Below are positions 1 through 15,329 of a DNA stretch of 64,000 nt, piece by piece; position 1 is the first letter of the stretch, and each line of letters opens with the position of its first letter. The notes beneath the pieces were generated by a model, which worked only from the letters and a program-made list of their open reading frames with translations, did no database searches and was not told the DNA's origin. The translations under genes and the position numbers were made by a program. This DNA is from Octopus bimaculoides (Eukaryota): positions 119,608,459-119,672,458 of the forward strand of contig NC_068984.1 in assembly GCF_001194135.2 (NCBI RefSeq). The letters are read 5' to 3'.

Positions 1-935
1 AGACAGATATCACTTTTCTTTTTAACATTCACTTTTCCATGGTTGTATAGATTGGACGGAATTTTGTTGAGGCAGATTTTCTAAGGACAGCTCACTTCCT
101 GTCACTAGCCTTTACTTGTTTCTAAGCAAGGTAATATTTCTCCATAACCAGATATGCTTTCATGGAAGATAGGGAACGAAAAACACTGCTTGTATGATGT
201 TGATATTTGTTTGCGACTGTTATGTGATGTCAAGGCATAGAGGCAATAACACGCACGCAGGCTACAGAAGAAAATAACTTGCCCTAGGTGCCCAGTAGAA
301 GACATTTGCCCATGCAGTAGGATTGAATCTGGAGCTGTGTGGTTGACAAGCAAACTTCTTACCATGCAGCCATACCTATGCTATACAAACATTTAAATAA
401 TTGCAATGGTTAGTGATTAGTTCAGCCATCCTTTTGGCATATTTGTTGTGATTTTTCATCTGTCTTAAATATGACAGCATGATCTTATCACCTTGTAGCT
501 TATCTCAATGTTGTTTAAGTGATTCTATTTATATTAACTAGTAAGTGAAGCACTCAGTGGAGGGATTAATTGATGAATGATTAGAATGCTTACAGTACTG
601 ATATGGAGGAAGTTAGGGTTCCAGATTTTTGTTGGGGTAGATTTTCTACAGATGGATGCACTTCCTTTTGCTAATTTCCAAGATGAGTTTTATTTCCTCA
701 TAAACTGTTTTAAGGAAGATTGGAAATAAACATTGCTCATTTACAACCACCACTTTGTCAAAACAAGTGCTCCCCCCCCCCCNNNNNNNNNNNNNNNNNN
801 NNNNNNNNNNNNNNNNNNNNNNNNNNNNNNNNNNNNNNNNNNNNNNNNNNNNNNNNNNNNNNNNNNNNNNNNNNNNNNNNNNNNNNNNNNNNNNNNNNNN
901 NNNNNNNNNNNNNNNNNNNNNNNNNNNNNTCTCTT

Positions 936-985
<50 letters not shown>

Positions 986-3900
986 ATGGGCTTCTTTCAG
1001 TTTCCTTTCACCAAATCCACTCAAGGCTGTAGTCAGCTTGGGGTTATAGTAGAAGACATTTGTTGAAGGTACTATACAGTGGAACCGAACCTGAAACCAC
1101 ATGACAAGTTGTTTAACCCTAAGTTACCCCTTATTAATCTAATCTATAAACAAAGACAAAAAAAAAAAAATGTTCAAGCTATGACCATCTTATCTCTGTT
1201 ATATTATCCAATGTGTCCTTTTATAAAGACCTTATTTTGGTTTGAAAGGAATTTGCCTATTTCTTGTGGGTTGAGTATCAATGTTGGGGTTCTCTTGGCT
1301 TGATTCAATACAAAGTATATTGGCATGTTGTAAATAAAATTGAACAAAGTAAGAAAAGGGAGTGATGGTTAGTCACTGAGACTGGTGGTATGTGGCCCCT
1401 ATGAGATAGAACAACATAGAGAAACAGAAATGAGGAGAACGGTAATGGGTTAGGAGTCAGACACATAACTTTGCGGTTAAGAAATTCCCTTTGCAGTCAT
1501 GTGATTTTGGGTTTGATTTCACTGCATGGCACCTTAGAGAAGTACCTACTATTATCATAGCCTCAGGTCAACCAAAAGACTTGTGAAACTGGTTGATGGT
1601 TAATTGCATGGAAACCCATCAAGTAAATATGTGTATCAGTTTGGGAGAGAAAATCAGCGTGGGTATGAGGCAATCTGAGGAGAAGATCTGTGCTGTTAGC
1701 ATACTAAAAATGTTGGTCCATGGATTAGGACAATCCTTGAACATTGTTACTGTTAAGTGAAATCATCATCTAAAGTCTGGTTTATTTCTCCTTTGTATAA
1801 GGCATTGCAAAGTTTGTGAGATGCAGTTGTATTGATTTTATTGTGATGGTCATATCTTCATAATGTTTATATTTTTTATAATATCATTCTCTTGACTCCT
1901 AGTGTCAGATATATCTTATGATGTTCTGTTCCTATTGCATTTATATCCCTTTATACCCAAATCAGCTTAGCTGATCATCCTTTATGAGGTTGATAGAATA
2001 AATTTGAACAAAGTGCTGAGGTGTTGATGTAATTGACTAGTGACCCTTGAAGAAGGTGCCCCCAAGAGGGCTGAAAGCATAAGCTATTTCAGGATAGCTG
2101 CTGTCCATGTAAAGAATTTTAAAAAAATATAGATATACATTCATCTATATACATGCAGACAAGACATACCATGAACATGTGCGTATAATTATAGTAAGTG
2201 AAGAAGGAAATGGAGTAGAAAAGCATGATGAAGAAAAAAAGAGGTGTTTTTGTAAATGAGAAGAATGAAAGGTGTTAGAAGTTAGTTTGTAAAACGTGTG
2301 TGTAGTGGGGGTTAATACATTGGTAAATACAAGCAAAAATAACTTAAGCAAATGAACGTCTTCATGTGCACATGCACACCAGGTTGTAAACATTTGTCAA
2401 GGGGGCCACTAATCACAAAAATAAAGGAAGTAAAAACAAAGGTTGCCATAAGGGAAAGAGAAAAAATTAAGAAACATATATTTTGATGCTGGTAGGTAGA
2501 GCTGTTCTAATGTAGCAGCCCGCAACCTTTTTTTGCACTACAGAGGGATCACTTGCATGGTATATAATTTAATGCTCAATACATATATGATTCTAGACAT
2601 AATACATGTATGATGCAAAAACACCCTGCAGACTGTGATAGTCAATAATGTAGATGTAAAATTTAAAAATTTATTCTTTCTGTGCTGCCTGGTATCAAAT
2701 GATCCACAGCTCAATAATGGTCTGCAGCTGAGTGTTCTAAAGGCAATACTCTTTATGCTTGTGAATATGAGTCAATCTGAGACATACTGGTCGACAGGTT
2801 AGGAGTGTCCTTGAATTTGCTGATACTTAGGTATTAAGTGTTTCTTCTGTGTATAATGCATTGCAAATCTTATTTGTGGTGCAGTTGTATTGATTTTATT
2901 GTAATGGTTTTGTTTCTTACAATACTATTCTCTTGACTCCTAATACATCATTGGCGTGTTTGAGAGAAAGTCATCATGCTAATGATAATGATTTCTTACA
3001 TTATTATTACATAGATTTGTTATCATCACAGATTTGTTGGGGAAGAATTCAAGTTCACTGACTTCATCATAACCTTCTCCAAATCCAAATACTTTTGTCT
3101 CCTGTTCAGAACTAATGAGTGCCAAAACCTATAGAGCTAATACTGCAAGACAGTTATTTATTTCTGGACCCCTCATCATCATCAATAATTTTTTACTTTA
3201 TTTGTCACTAGGCAATTGATGTGTAGGACATTATATGGACAGGCTATAACAAAAAAAAGTGTAGGAGACTGTAAAACACACACACACACGCACGCACGCA
3301 CACACACACACACACACACACTATATGTATATATATATGTTTTTGTATGTTATGTGTTTGCATGCTTATAATGGCTTATATATGCTTTCTGTTTAGATAT
3401 GTGTTGGCTTTGATGAGGAGTATTATTGACCTTGGAACTTGTTTCTTTCAAATTAATGCTTATATATTGCTCTGAGATTTAAAACTAATTGTTTTCCTCC
3501 TTATATCTTACCTTTTACTTGTTTTATTCATTACATTGTGACCATATTGGGACACCACCTTGAATAATTTTAGCCAAATGAATCAATCCCAGTACTTATT
3601 CTATTGGTCTACTTTGCTAAACCACTAAGTTATAGGAACATAAATGCACAAACACCAATTTTCAAGCAGTGGTGGGGGACAAACATGGACATACTCACTC
3701 ACACACACATACAATGAGCTTCTTTTAATTTCTGTCTACTGAATCCACTCACAAAGCTTTGGTTGGCCCAAGGCTATAGAAGAAGACACTTGCCAAAGGT
3801 GCCATGCTGTGGGTAGGAAGCAAACTTCTTAATACACAGCTATTCCTGTGCTTATAACCATGCCTATAACCATGCCTTATATTCATGAAATTTTTAGACA

Positions 3901-5796
3901 GTTTAGCATTTTGCTTATCTATTGCTATATTTGTTATTTAGTTCCTGGTCAATTATAATTGATCCAACTTAAGATCAAAGACGTTTCAAACTTAACTGAC
4001 TCACTTTTTTTCTCTTTGCTAGCTTAGTGTTATCTATGACTATATAATCTCTTGTGTTTTCCCTTTTCTGATGTCATAGGCCATGATTTGCAAGAAATTT
4101 GGCTGATATAGCAATTCAATCATTCACTTCAAGGCTCCATTGTATATGTGAATTGACACTAACAAAAGCTGAGTGAGGTTTAAAATATTGATTGAAAATA
4201 GACCTAAAGTCATCGTATGTGTCTGTGAACAGTGTATACAATCTGTATAGAGCTTACCTAATTATCACAAATTTGCACTTTGCTAATTACAATATTAGGC
4301 ATATGAAAATATAAGTACTATAAGTTAATTGGAATATCTTGACCTATATGTTATATAACCTCTGATAGAATTGTCACCAGCACTCCTGCTAAGCTGTACA
4401 CTTCTATATACACACGTTTTGCAACTAGGAATGGTTGGGGAAATGTTCGCACACAAGGTTTTCAGCGAGAAATTAGGTTTTAATTTATTAATCGAAGAAA
4501 TCTGAGAGATCGTTACTCACAGGATAATGGCATGGTTGTGTGGTAGGAAGCTTGTTTCCTAACCACATGGTCCCAGGTTCAGTCTTACTGTGTGGTACTT
4601 TGGGCAAGTGACTTCTACTATAGCCTCAGGCCGACCAAAGCCTTGTGAGAGGATTTGATTAACAGAAACTGAAAGAAGCCTGTTGTGTGTATTTGTGTGT
4701 CCGTGTTTATGTCCCTGTAACTTAGCAGATCAGTAAAAGAGACCGATAAAATAAGTACTAGGCTTACAAAGAATAAGTCCTGGGATCAATTTCTTTGACT
4801 AAAACCCCTTTAAGGTGGTGCTGTAGCATGGCCAGTCAATTGAATGAAACAAGTAAAAGAATACAGGAACACACACACACACACACACACACAATCCAGA
4901 CATTTGTTTTTTCTTAATTTCCCCCCCCCCCTTCTTCATCTGTTTTATTTTCTCGTTTCTTTCTGTTGAAGAATGTAGGCTCAAAACATCAAAGACTTCT
5001 TCCATTTTTCCTGAGCATCAAACTAATACAGTCTGTTTGTTGTTTCTATACCTGTCTCTGTTTTTTTTCTTTCTTTTGTTTTTTGTATAATTTTGAACCA
5101 CATCCACACACTTATAGATACACATGTATGAATGTATGTATCTGTGTGTATGTGTATGTCTTTGCATTTGTCGTTTGTCCACCAACACTACTTGACAACC
5201 AGTGTTTGTCTATGTCTCCATTATTTAGCAGTTTGGCAAAAGTGACTGATAGAATAAGCACCAGATGTGGAAAAATAAATACTGGGTTGATTGACTATAC
5301 ACTTCAAGGAGGTGCCTCTGCATGGCTGCTGTCCACTGATTGAAACAAATAAAAGATAAATGCAAGCTTCTATGGACATCCATAGCAAGAAAAATTAAGG
5401 TATCATTGTTTGTCTCTGATGCAGACATATAGGTCTATGGCCATCCTGCAGTTGAATCATCCAAAGATACCATTTGCATGAAAGATAACAATCGTAGGTT
5501 AGTGTCATCTTTTTAATGCTCTGTGCATTAAATATATTATTTAGAATAATTAGAAATAAATATGCTCCGATTAAAAAATGCAAAATAAAAAACAAAAAAT
5601 CATGAGTTAATGACTAATATTAAAAAGATATTTTTTTCATCGATTTTCTGTTATGTCTGGAAAGCACATTTTGAGCTAACTAGGAAGCCTGTAAAATTGT
5701 TGCTCAACCTGTTGGAAACAACTGTCAAATATATACAAGCAAATCTCCCTTAAATTACACTATACTTTCTCAAAGAAGATGGATACATTCTTCTCA

Positions 5797-6285
5797 AAAG
5801 TTCCCATACAATTGCTTATTAGTCAAATGATATCTCCAGGTGACATTCAAAGCCACTCTTAGCACGTGAGTGTAGGTTCCATTAAATCTTTTTCCAATTT
5901 TGAGGTAAGGCTCCATGCTGAGCAGCCATACAACAGAAGAGGTAACAGCTGCTTGAAAGAGGCCCCTTTTCATATTGTCTGGAAGTCTAGATTTTCCTGC
6001 TGCAGATAACCTTCATCCAGTATCAGACATTGTTAAAGAACATAGAATCAGATTTGCAGGGCATTGCTGGAGAGTTAAAGACAAAATTGTTAGTGAATTT
6101 CTTTTGTGGGAGCTTACACAAGGAAGAGTTAGCAGGGGATGACAAGCCAAGACCTGTATGAAGCAGATTTGTGATGGCAAACTACAATCCCTCTGACCTG
6201 CCAAATATGATGAAGAACAATAGAATTGCATGGCGACAGAAAGTCACAGGAATTCATACAAGCAGTGTGACCAGATGATGATGAT
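5797..6285. mobile_element. RTE-X-like LINE 3' fragment with 5' inversion
   Basis: Minus strand 5997 to 5797 reads WKSRLPDNMKRGLFQAAV..LLYGCSAWSLTSKLEK..NGTYTHVLRVALNVTWRYHLTNKQLYGNF (frameshifts). Plus strand from 6008 continues NLHPVSDIVKEHRIRFAGHCWRVKDKIVSEFLLW and ends in a (GAT)n tail. Confidence 0.85.
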
Positions 6286-6639
6286 ATTGCATGAGTATTG
6301 CTTTAAGTTTTTACAAAAATGACATAGATGGCTACAGCTAGAATACGTTTGATTATAGATTTGCTTGATCATGGGTAAACAACAGCAACAAATTGTAACC
6401 ATTCTACATTTGAATTCAGTTTAATTCAAATGATGTGAGTAATTTTGGATGGAATAATGTCTCCATATGGTTACCAATCTCATAAACTGTATTGGCTGTA
6501 TACAGCTGATATTGTAGCAACTCTGTATGAGCATAACTATTCTAGTTAATGTCTGTAATTATTTGCACTTTAATGTAGTGTCATAGACTCGATAAACAAA
6601 ATACTGTGATAGTGCTGCTACTACGCATTCAGATATCCT

Positions 6640-6900
6640 AGACTGCATTAAAAATAGGCCACTCGACTAATAGCCATGAAGTCACTTGCTAGTATGCTCC
6701 AACCCGTGGCTCACTGCTGTGCTGTCTTCTCACTCAGCCTTTTTCTACTGCTACGTCCACGACCATTGTCCTTCTCTTTGTCTAGTGCCTCACCTCAGAA
6801 CACTGTCCTTTTAGAATACTCTCTCAGCAGCTGTCCAAGAGGAACATCTGACCATGTTGGTCTACTTAGTATTAGAGGACCAGCAAAGGCTTTGTGACAT
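6640..6900 (-). mobile_element. Degenerate RTE/BovB-like ORF C-terminus
   Basis: Minus strand GQLLREYSKRTVF*GEALDKEKDNGRGRSSRKRLS resembles the RTE terminal GH.MR...LEK...G...GKRRRGR.R.RW motif. Confidence 0.4.
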
Positions 6901-7039
6901 GGTTTGTATGATAGCAACACTATTTTTAAAGTATTGCCTGATGTCAAGACAAAGATGCGTGTGCACACATGCACACACACACACACACACAAAAAAATAT
7001 ATGATGGGGTTCTTTCAGTTTCCATCTGAAATAATAATA

Positions 7040-7212
7040 ATAACGTCAAAAAATACCTTAGGAATGAGACCCCAGGTTCAAAATTTCCCCGAGACACCTG
7101 ATGAAGGCTGGAGGGTATATCAGCCGAAATGTTGTGTTAACAAACAAGATGAGGACAAATATCCAACAAATGTAAATAATGTACATAATTTTTCATCTCT
7201 TAAATATAGAAC
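7040..7212 (+). mobile_element. Penelope-like terminal repeat fragment (second copy at ~40715-40880, minus strand)
   Basis: cctgatgaaggctggagggtatatcagccgaaatgttgtgttaac... has the ctgatgaagg..gccgaaac motif typical of Penelope-like termini. A reverse-complement copy with an internal deletion lies at ~40715-40880. Confidence 0.55.
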
Positions 7213-7350
7213 TGTAAACCTTTTATATTGCACCAAACAGATAACAACACCTTACGTGGGTGAAGACCTTCTTTAGCCTGGGGTGCCAGTGTTTCTCCTT
7301 TCCCTACCCACTGTCTTTGGTGCTCAACATTTTTATAGAGAACCAATACT
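7212..7350 (-). mobile_element. Mariner transposase fragment, runs into an assembly gap
   Basis: VLYKNVEHQRQWVGKGETLAPQAKEGLHPRKVLLSVWCNIKG matches the mariner segment after the first catalytic Asp (WVLY.N...RQW....K..LHP.KV.L.VWW..KG). Confidence 0.85.
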
Positions 7351-7829
7351 NNNNNNNNNNNNNNNNNNNNNNNNNNNNNNNNNNNNNNNNNNNNNNNNNN
7401 NNNNNNNNNNNNNNNNNNNNNNNNNNNNNNNNNNNNNNNNNNNNNNNNNNNNNNNNNNNNNNNNNNNNNNNNNNNNNNNNNNNNNNNNNNNNNNNNNNNN
7501 NNNNNNNNNNNNNNNNNNNNNNNNNNNNNNNNNNNNNNNNNNNNNNNNNNNNNNNNNNNNNNNNNNNNNNNNNNNNNNNNNNNNNNNNNNNNNNNNNNNN
7601 NNNNNNNNNNNNNNNNNNNNNNNNNNNNNNNNNNNNNNNNNNNNNNNNNNNNNNNNNNNNNNNNNNNNNNNNNNNNNNNNNNNNNNNNNNNNNNNNNNNN
7701 NNNNNNNNNNNNNNNNNNNNNNNNNNNNNNNNNNNNNNNNNNNNNNNNNNNNNNNNNNNNNNNNNNNNNNNNNNNNNNNNNNNNNNNNNNNNNNNNNNNN
7801 NNNNNNNNNNNNNNNNNNNNNNNNNNNNN

Positions 7830-7867
<38 letters not shown>

Positions 7868-10800
7868 AGATTAGCTTCTTTCAGTTTCCGTTTATCAAAT
7901 CCAGTCACATGGCTTTGGTCAGCTTGAGGCTATAATAGGAGACATTTCGCCAAAGTATCACACAGTGGGACTGAACCTTGAACCATGTGTTGGAAAGTAA
8001 ACTTCTTACCACAGAGCCACGCCTGCGCCTGAGTTGAATTTAAACTTAGTCTGGTATGAAATCTAAGCAATTTTATCGAAACTTTTTATTATTATTTTGT
8101 ATGTGCTTGGGCCAACAAAATGAAACCAACGTATGGTCAGAAACTATGCTGTGTGAGAATTGAACACTCATCATAATTCAACTAATTATCATACATTCAT
8201 TGTTGACATTTAGTTAGTATTGCCATAAATTTCCAGATCTATTAAATTTCACAGCATTATTATTGGCGTTAGGAAGGGCATCCAGCTGTAGAAACTCTGC
8301 CAAATTAGATTGGAGCCCGGTGTAGCCATCCGGTTGCACCAGTCCTCAGTCAAATCGTCCAACCCATGCTAGCATGGAAAGCGGACGTTAAACGATGATG
8401 ATGATGATGATTATCTAAGGATTGTGATATTTAAGTAAGGTGTTTTTTACACTGTATACCTTATTAATCTTTGAAGCTATAATTATGTTTGTATTTTTAT
8501 TTAACTCAGTAGTAAAATGATCATCCCCATAGCATCAAGACTAGACTATGTATTGCATTTACTGATAACTTATCATCATCGCATAGCCCACTCACATTAA
8601 TTTCTGATATAGTATATCAATTTATAGGAGAAAGAGAAAAGACAGCTTGCTATCCCTGCTATTTTAATGAGTTATTAATGATGTTAGAATATGTAATGTC
8701 TAAAATCAGAATTTACAAAAAAACAACCCTCTTCTAAGTTGATTTGTACAATAATAGTCTTTTGTTATGCACAGGGCATTTTAACCCTCTTATTGTGGAA
8801 ATCAGATATATCCACTCAATATTTCATTATTCTTAATGCAGAAAGCAGGTTTAAAAAAATTTTTTTTTTAATATATACTGGAATGCCATATTTGAAGCCA
8901 TTTTCATTTGAGGTTTTATTGAGGCAGTGTGACTTGCAGAAAATACTAGTTCTATTTTTTTGGAATAACTGAAAGTTAATTTCCCAGTCAAATTGTTAAA
9001 TGAGGAGCAGTGTAAGGCTTGACTAATTCAATCCAGTGTTGTTTGTTTTTAAATTATCTTTTTATTTTATTTTCATAATTTCCTTTTTATACTTTTTACC
9101 TTAAGACCTGATTATTACTTTCTATTGAAATTTCTCTACATGGGCTTAGAATATTTTAAGAGATCCTCAATCAATTATAGTCTTATCATCTACAGAGTTT
9201 TGTCATTAATGAATTCTATTTGTCTTCAGTATGAGATTAAGCTTTAGATTAATCTAAAATTATAATCATTTTAGCTTAAACCTTTAGCATACTATTTATG
9301 GAGTTTTATGCTTATCATTTACATTAAAAATTGCTGTTACTGAACATGCATATGCTTTACATTTCAACTGTATAAAATTATAGTTGTGTTGCTTGTTTTA
9401 GAATATAAATTTACTGATTATAGGTATATTAGGTGTAGGTGTATCTGTGTGATAAGAAGTTTGCTTCCCAACCATATAGTTTCGGGTTCAGTCCCACTGT
9501 GTGGCACCTTGGGTAAATTTCTTCCACTATTGTCACAGACTGACCGAAATCTTTTGAGTGGACTTGATAGATGGAAACTGAAATAACCCCCATCGTTGTC
9601 TGTCTGTATGTGTGTATTTGTGTTTGTCCACCATTACTACTTGACAGTCAGTGTTCATTTGTTTATGATCCCATAATTTAGTAGTTTAACAAACGAGACC
9701 AATAGAATAAACACCACACTTAAAAAAAAAAAGGTGGTGGTCTGAGATTTATTTGTTTGACTAAACCCTTCAAGGTGGTGTCCCAGCATGGCCACAGTCC
9801 AATGATTGAAACAAGTAAAAGGTATTGGTATGAAGTCAAATGTTTTTTGGATTGACATTCTTGTAGATAATGATTTTTTTCTCAGTTTGTTTCTGAACAA
9901 TAAAACTTAATTAGAAAATTTTAAAGCATTTGAGAGAGAAGTACGCTACACATTTATATTGAATTATCATTAGATTTAGCTGTAGATTTTACATTGTGAA
10001 GCACAATAGACTTCTGTTTTAGTATGGTACAATATCCATTGTTGTTTTTTGTTCGCTGCAAGCTGGCCTTCATTCAGCAAACCTATGGCCAAATAGTTCT
10101 TTTTAGCCGTTACCACCCTGACTTAAAAAAAAAAAAATTTGTGACTGCATTGCCTAATGTGTCCTTAATTTTCTTTTTTTAAGGGGGTAAGGTATAATTT
10201 GAATGAGATTTGGCTGCTATTTCTAGCATGTCCGTTTTGAGAGGTGAAATAACAGAATGAGTTAAAACACCAACATTTAAATTTTGATATGTGCTTCATT
10301 GAATGCTTTCCTAAGTTTTAATTACAATGCAAACATTGTATAGTGTTTTATAGGAAGTTAGTTAACTTAACATCATTTGAGTAAGCAACTGGCTTTCTAC
10401 TTGTCTTTCATACATGTTAAATGCTATTGAGTCCAGATATAAGTACATATAATGGTTGTGGAACTAATCTTGGCTTTAGAAAAGAAAGGCAATGAAGGTA
10501 TAGTTGTTAAGATAATCATGGCAACCATTTTAACAGAAGGGAAAACAAACTCACTTCATTGAAAAATGCTGCTGTGCTTTAAATTGTATGACAGATGATA
10601 TTTATTAGTTATCCAGAACTAGATAAAGAAGTTGCTGAATGCAGTTGAAAAAATACTAGGTCAATAATGGCTTTATTTCTTTTTTAACGAACTGGCTACC
10701 ATAAGTATGTTTATATAGAAACTTGGAATGGAACAAAGGGACGCAATGCTTTCATTATTTAATAATTTTCGTTCTTTAAGACTTGTGGGCATTTTTCTGT

Positions 10801-11386
10801 AAATGTTTTGTGATGTATTATATTATTGGAAAGAAAGATGCATTCTGGAAACCATTCAGATTATGTACATTTGTGTTTGAAACTTAATAAGGTACTTCTG
10901 TTGCTTTATCATGTTGAACATTGATGAAAATGAAGCAAACAGAACAATATTTGTAATAGTAATTTTAGATGGTTACAATTACATCTTCTTGTTGAGCAGC
11001 TTTCATTTTATTAGAAACAAATTGAATTTTTACAACCTTTTCAAAAATAATTATGCTTCATAACAGTGAATGAATAATGGTAGTAGTAGTAGTAGTAGTT
11101 GTAGCAGCAGCAGCACCTGGCAAAAACCCCACCAAATTCACTATTCTTGATAAACATTTCAAAAGAAAACTACTACTACTAATTATTATTATTATTATTA
11201 TTATTATGGTGAGCTGACAGAATTGTTAGCATGCCAGATGGAATGCTTAGCAGCATTTCTTCTGTCTTTACATTCTGAGTTCAAATTCCACAGATTGACT
11301 TTACAAGTACCAGTTGAACACTGGGGTCGATGTAATTGATTCTTACCCTCCGCCAAAATTGCCACTCTTGTGGTAAAATTTGAAAC

Positions 11387-11522
<136 letters not shown>

Positions 11523-11948
11523 TTATGTTTGACTTTTGTTTTGCATTTGTACAAGTTGGATCCAAGTCTCACCCAGAGACCTCAAGAGACAACAAGTTCA
11601 TGTAGGTGTTATGCCTAGGGTACCATATATTTGGATTTGTACATAGTGTTGTTCTAGAGAATGTTAAACCATAAGAAAATTATGTGTTTGTTTTAAAATT
11701 TGAGATCACATAGACAGTATTTTACGTAGGATATGGGCAGTTCCCATGAGCACTATCTTTTGAACTTCAGCCATTTTGGGGTTTCCTGGTATCTGAGCTA
11801 GGTAGTAATCAGCCCGTTTCGCTGTCTTTCCCAGGGCACCTATGACAATAGGTATTATTTTTGTCTTCAGGTTCCACATTTTGCTAATTTCTATTTCAAG
11901 ATCTTTATATTTTTATTATTATTTATTTTATTATTTTTATTATTTATA

Positions 11949-12007
<59 letters not shown>

Positions 12008-12737
12008 GTTACTATTATTATTTCTAATATAAGCACTTGACTCTGGTTGAACGAAAGGTGAAGTTGACCATGATTGGATTTGAACTCAATGTAAAATGTA
12101 AAGAGCCAGAACAAATAGCTTAGGGCACCCTGCTCTGTACACTAATAGGTCTGTTAGTCCACTGCCCTTAATCTTTTCTACTATAGGCACAAGGCCTGAA
12201 ATTTTGGTAGAAGAGGCTAGTTGCTTGCATCGACCCCCCCCCCATTACTTGATTGTTACTTATTTTGTTGATCTTGGCAGAATTTGAACTCAGACCATAA
12301 AGACTGGACAAAATGCTTAGTGGCATTTTGTCCAGTATGTTAACAATTAAATCTGCTCGCCACCTTTATAACAATAAAGATAGTGAATATTAAGTTATAA
12401 TATAGCAACAACCTTCATAAATTTGACATAGATATATATGATAGATTCTGCAACCAAACACTTTTGTTGTGTAACTTCAACACAGCACACTACAACTGGA
12501 ACTATGTTTGTGACCAGGTTGCAGTTCTATGATGAAAATTTTGGTACTTCACAAGGTAAATTTAACAGCTTTATATGTTATTAAATGGCTCTTCCAATGC
12601 TAGTTTATAAAGATATGAAGAAAATGGATGGATTTCTTCTACCAGCTGATGCTTTCTTCTGCCATTGTGTATTGAAAAGTAGGGTTTCTTTGTCAATATT
12701 GTTGATCTGTTGCAGTTTTAGTAACATTTTTAAGGCT

Positions 12738-12965
12738 TTAATCCTTTAGCATTCAGGCTATTCTGTCAAACGTAATGCTTATTTGTTTACATTATTTTGA
12801 ATTAATTGTGCATTTCTCTGTAGCTTTGTTATTTTGATGATGTGATTATTTCATTTCAGAATGACATTGCAGGATAGGAAGGATAGGCCAGATTTCGCCA
12901 GTTTGAACATAAAACAATTAGAATACTTAGGCTAGATATGGCCAGTTTGAATGCTAAAAGGTTAA
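12738..12965 (+). mobile_element. TTAA-flanked ~225-bp MITE, piggyBac-like
   Basis: Termini ttaa(t/c)cctttagcatt ... aatgctaaa(a/g)ggttaa. Same family at 38143-38384, 38827-39020, 42621-42847, 43349-45011 (split), ~41365-41572, ~57865-57995 and 59318-59542. Confidence 0.8.
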
Positions 12966-15329
12966 TCAACCAATTTAATCTAAATAATATTAAATACTAA
13001 ACATTGTAAATTTAGTTCTCTTGTAAGTGATGTAAATTAACTGGACTTATTTATATATCTTGTCTTGTATTTTGTTATTTTGTGAACTCTAACATCATTG
13101 GTTACTGAATTCCAGATAGCCAATCACTGCTAAACTTTGTTGTGAGAATGATCAGGGAGTGTCTATAATTTGGTGCAAAACACTTTGTGGTAGAAAAGAC
13201 TTTGTCCAAAGGGATTGCTTTTTTTTCTTTTCATTTTGTGTCTTTTACACTTTTAGCTAGTATACATAAGGAAGTACATGTATTGCAGCATTGTTACATA
13301 ACAGCATAGTTTCCTTCAGATATTGGTATCTATAATCACAGTGCAAAATGTATTCCAGTCGTGACAACACAATTGAAGAGAATGAAACTTTTTGCTTTCA
13401 TTCTTTTATCTTTTAGATCAATATTGGAGCAGAGTTATATAATAGAAAGATTGTGTATATTGAACGTAGCCTATAATATTATTTTTCTTTAATTTTCTTT
13501 GTTATCAGTGGTACATATAACTATTCTAGTCTTAGTCCATGTTTTGGGAGTTTATCTATTCTACAACTTCAGTCACAACAGACATTCTTAGCGAAGACAG
13601 TTATCCTATTTCTTTGGATGAGTACATTTCAATATTACTTTCAATATGTATCTTTAAGACCATTCTAAGAGCATGGCTAATCAACACAGCTATGGAAACT
13701 TGATATCTAAGCGCACACACACAGTGTTAACCTGTCTTTCAATTGAACAAAAATCCTGTTTTACGACTGACAAATATTCCAGCACAATACATACTGAACT
13801 GATTTAGAATTGCTGCTTTTAAATGCATGCAGCTTGTTTACAGAGTTCTGAATGATTAATATATTTGGATTCATAGATATGTATGAATGACACATTTTCA
13901 CGAATAGAAGGTCATTTTTATTATTTGCTTAGTCTAAAATCTTCTCCAAAAAGACCAGACCCTCAGATTAAGGTAGAGAAACTAGCTGCAAAACAATGCA
14001 GTGACTGCATTGAAATACAAATCTAAGATGTTGTACAAAAATATCTTATTAAATTTAAATGTTGAATCTTACATTTCCATATACCATGGAATCTTGTGAA
14101 AAGCTCTTTGCATTTTTCTTTAAAGGCAGTGCTCCAGCATGGCCGCAGTCAAATGACTGAAACAAATAAAAGAATAACATTTGAGATGTTCTGTTATAGG
14201 TAATATTAGTTCCTTAATTAGACACAAAGCCACAAATATATAAGAAAAGGTTATATTCAAGCGAATTGACACTAATATGCTACTGCTATTTGTTTTATTA
14301 ATCCTGGAGAAACGAAAGGTAAAGTCAACTTTATAACAAGATTTGAATTTGGTATAGAGGGGAGTAATCAAATACTGCAAAGTTTAGAGTTCTACTGTTT
14401 ATGTTATTGTTCTTTAACCCTTTTGATGCCATCCCATCTCAGATTGCCCCTAGTTTTGTGACACATTCTGTTTTAAAGTGATGTAAATTAAAACTTTCCA
14501 TCAAAGTTTTGCGTTAATTTATATTCCAAAACACCAACTAAATAATGAGAAGATAATTTCACTAAATTCTTGATTATTTTCAAAATTAATTGGTGTGGGG
14601 AGGTGTTTCATCTGAAATATGGCAATGAAGAGTTAAAGATGCTTAAAGCTGCTGGGTTTCACAAGTTGTCAACTATTAAGGTGCTAACTAAACTTGATGT
14701 TACTTACTTTCAAGTGATTGGATGTGAACGAGTGATTTTATTTTTTGCCATGGTGTAGTAATATTAATTATTAATAATATTAACGCACTCCACATATGTA
14801 GAGATAGTTTTTGCACTGTATAACGTTGTAATATTTGATTAACTGAAAAGAAATTTTTTTCTTTTTAACTTAGCCTTAGATTTACTATTAGAGAAACAGG
14901 TTGGAGAAATAAAAAAAGGTATTTGAGTTATTTTGTTGAGTCAGTTATCTCAATGAAACAGCCTCAAGTGAATTCATTGAATTTGGGAGTGACTCAGAAG
15001 TTCAACACATCAGATATGTCATGTGTCACTGTAGTCTGGAATTATGTTGGGTGTATTTCAGTGGTGTGTTATGGAGGTTTAATTTAATATTTTGACATGT
15101 TCTATCCCCTGTTTCTCAAAATTGTAAGCCAAAATATTGTTAGATTTGAAATTCCTTTGATTTTCAGAAGTCTTACACTTTCCATGTTTTCCTTAGAAAT
15201 TGCGGTAGTGATTGGTCATTGAATGTCAATAACACTTCCTTGGCATTTATCACACAGTTAACAACTAAGCTCAACTAAGAACTTTAATCTATGAAGGAAT
15301 TGCTGAGTTTTTTTTTTACATTGTCTGGG

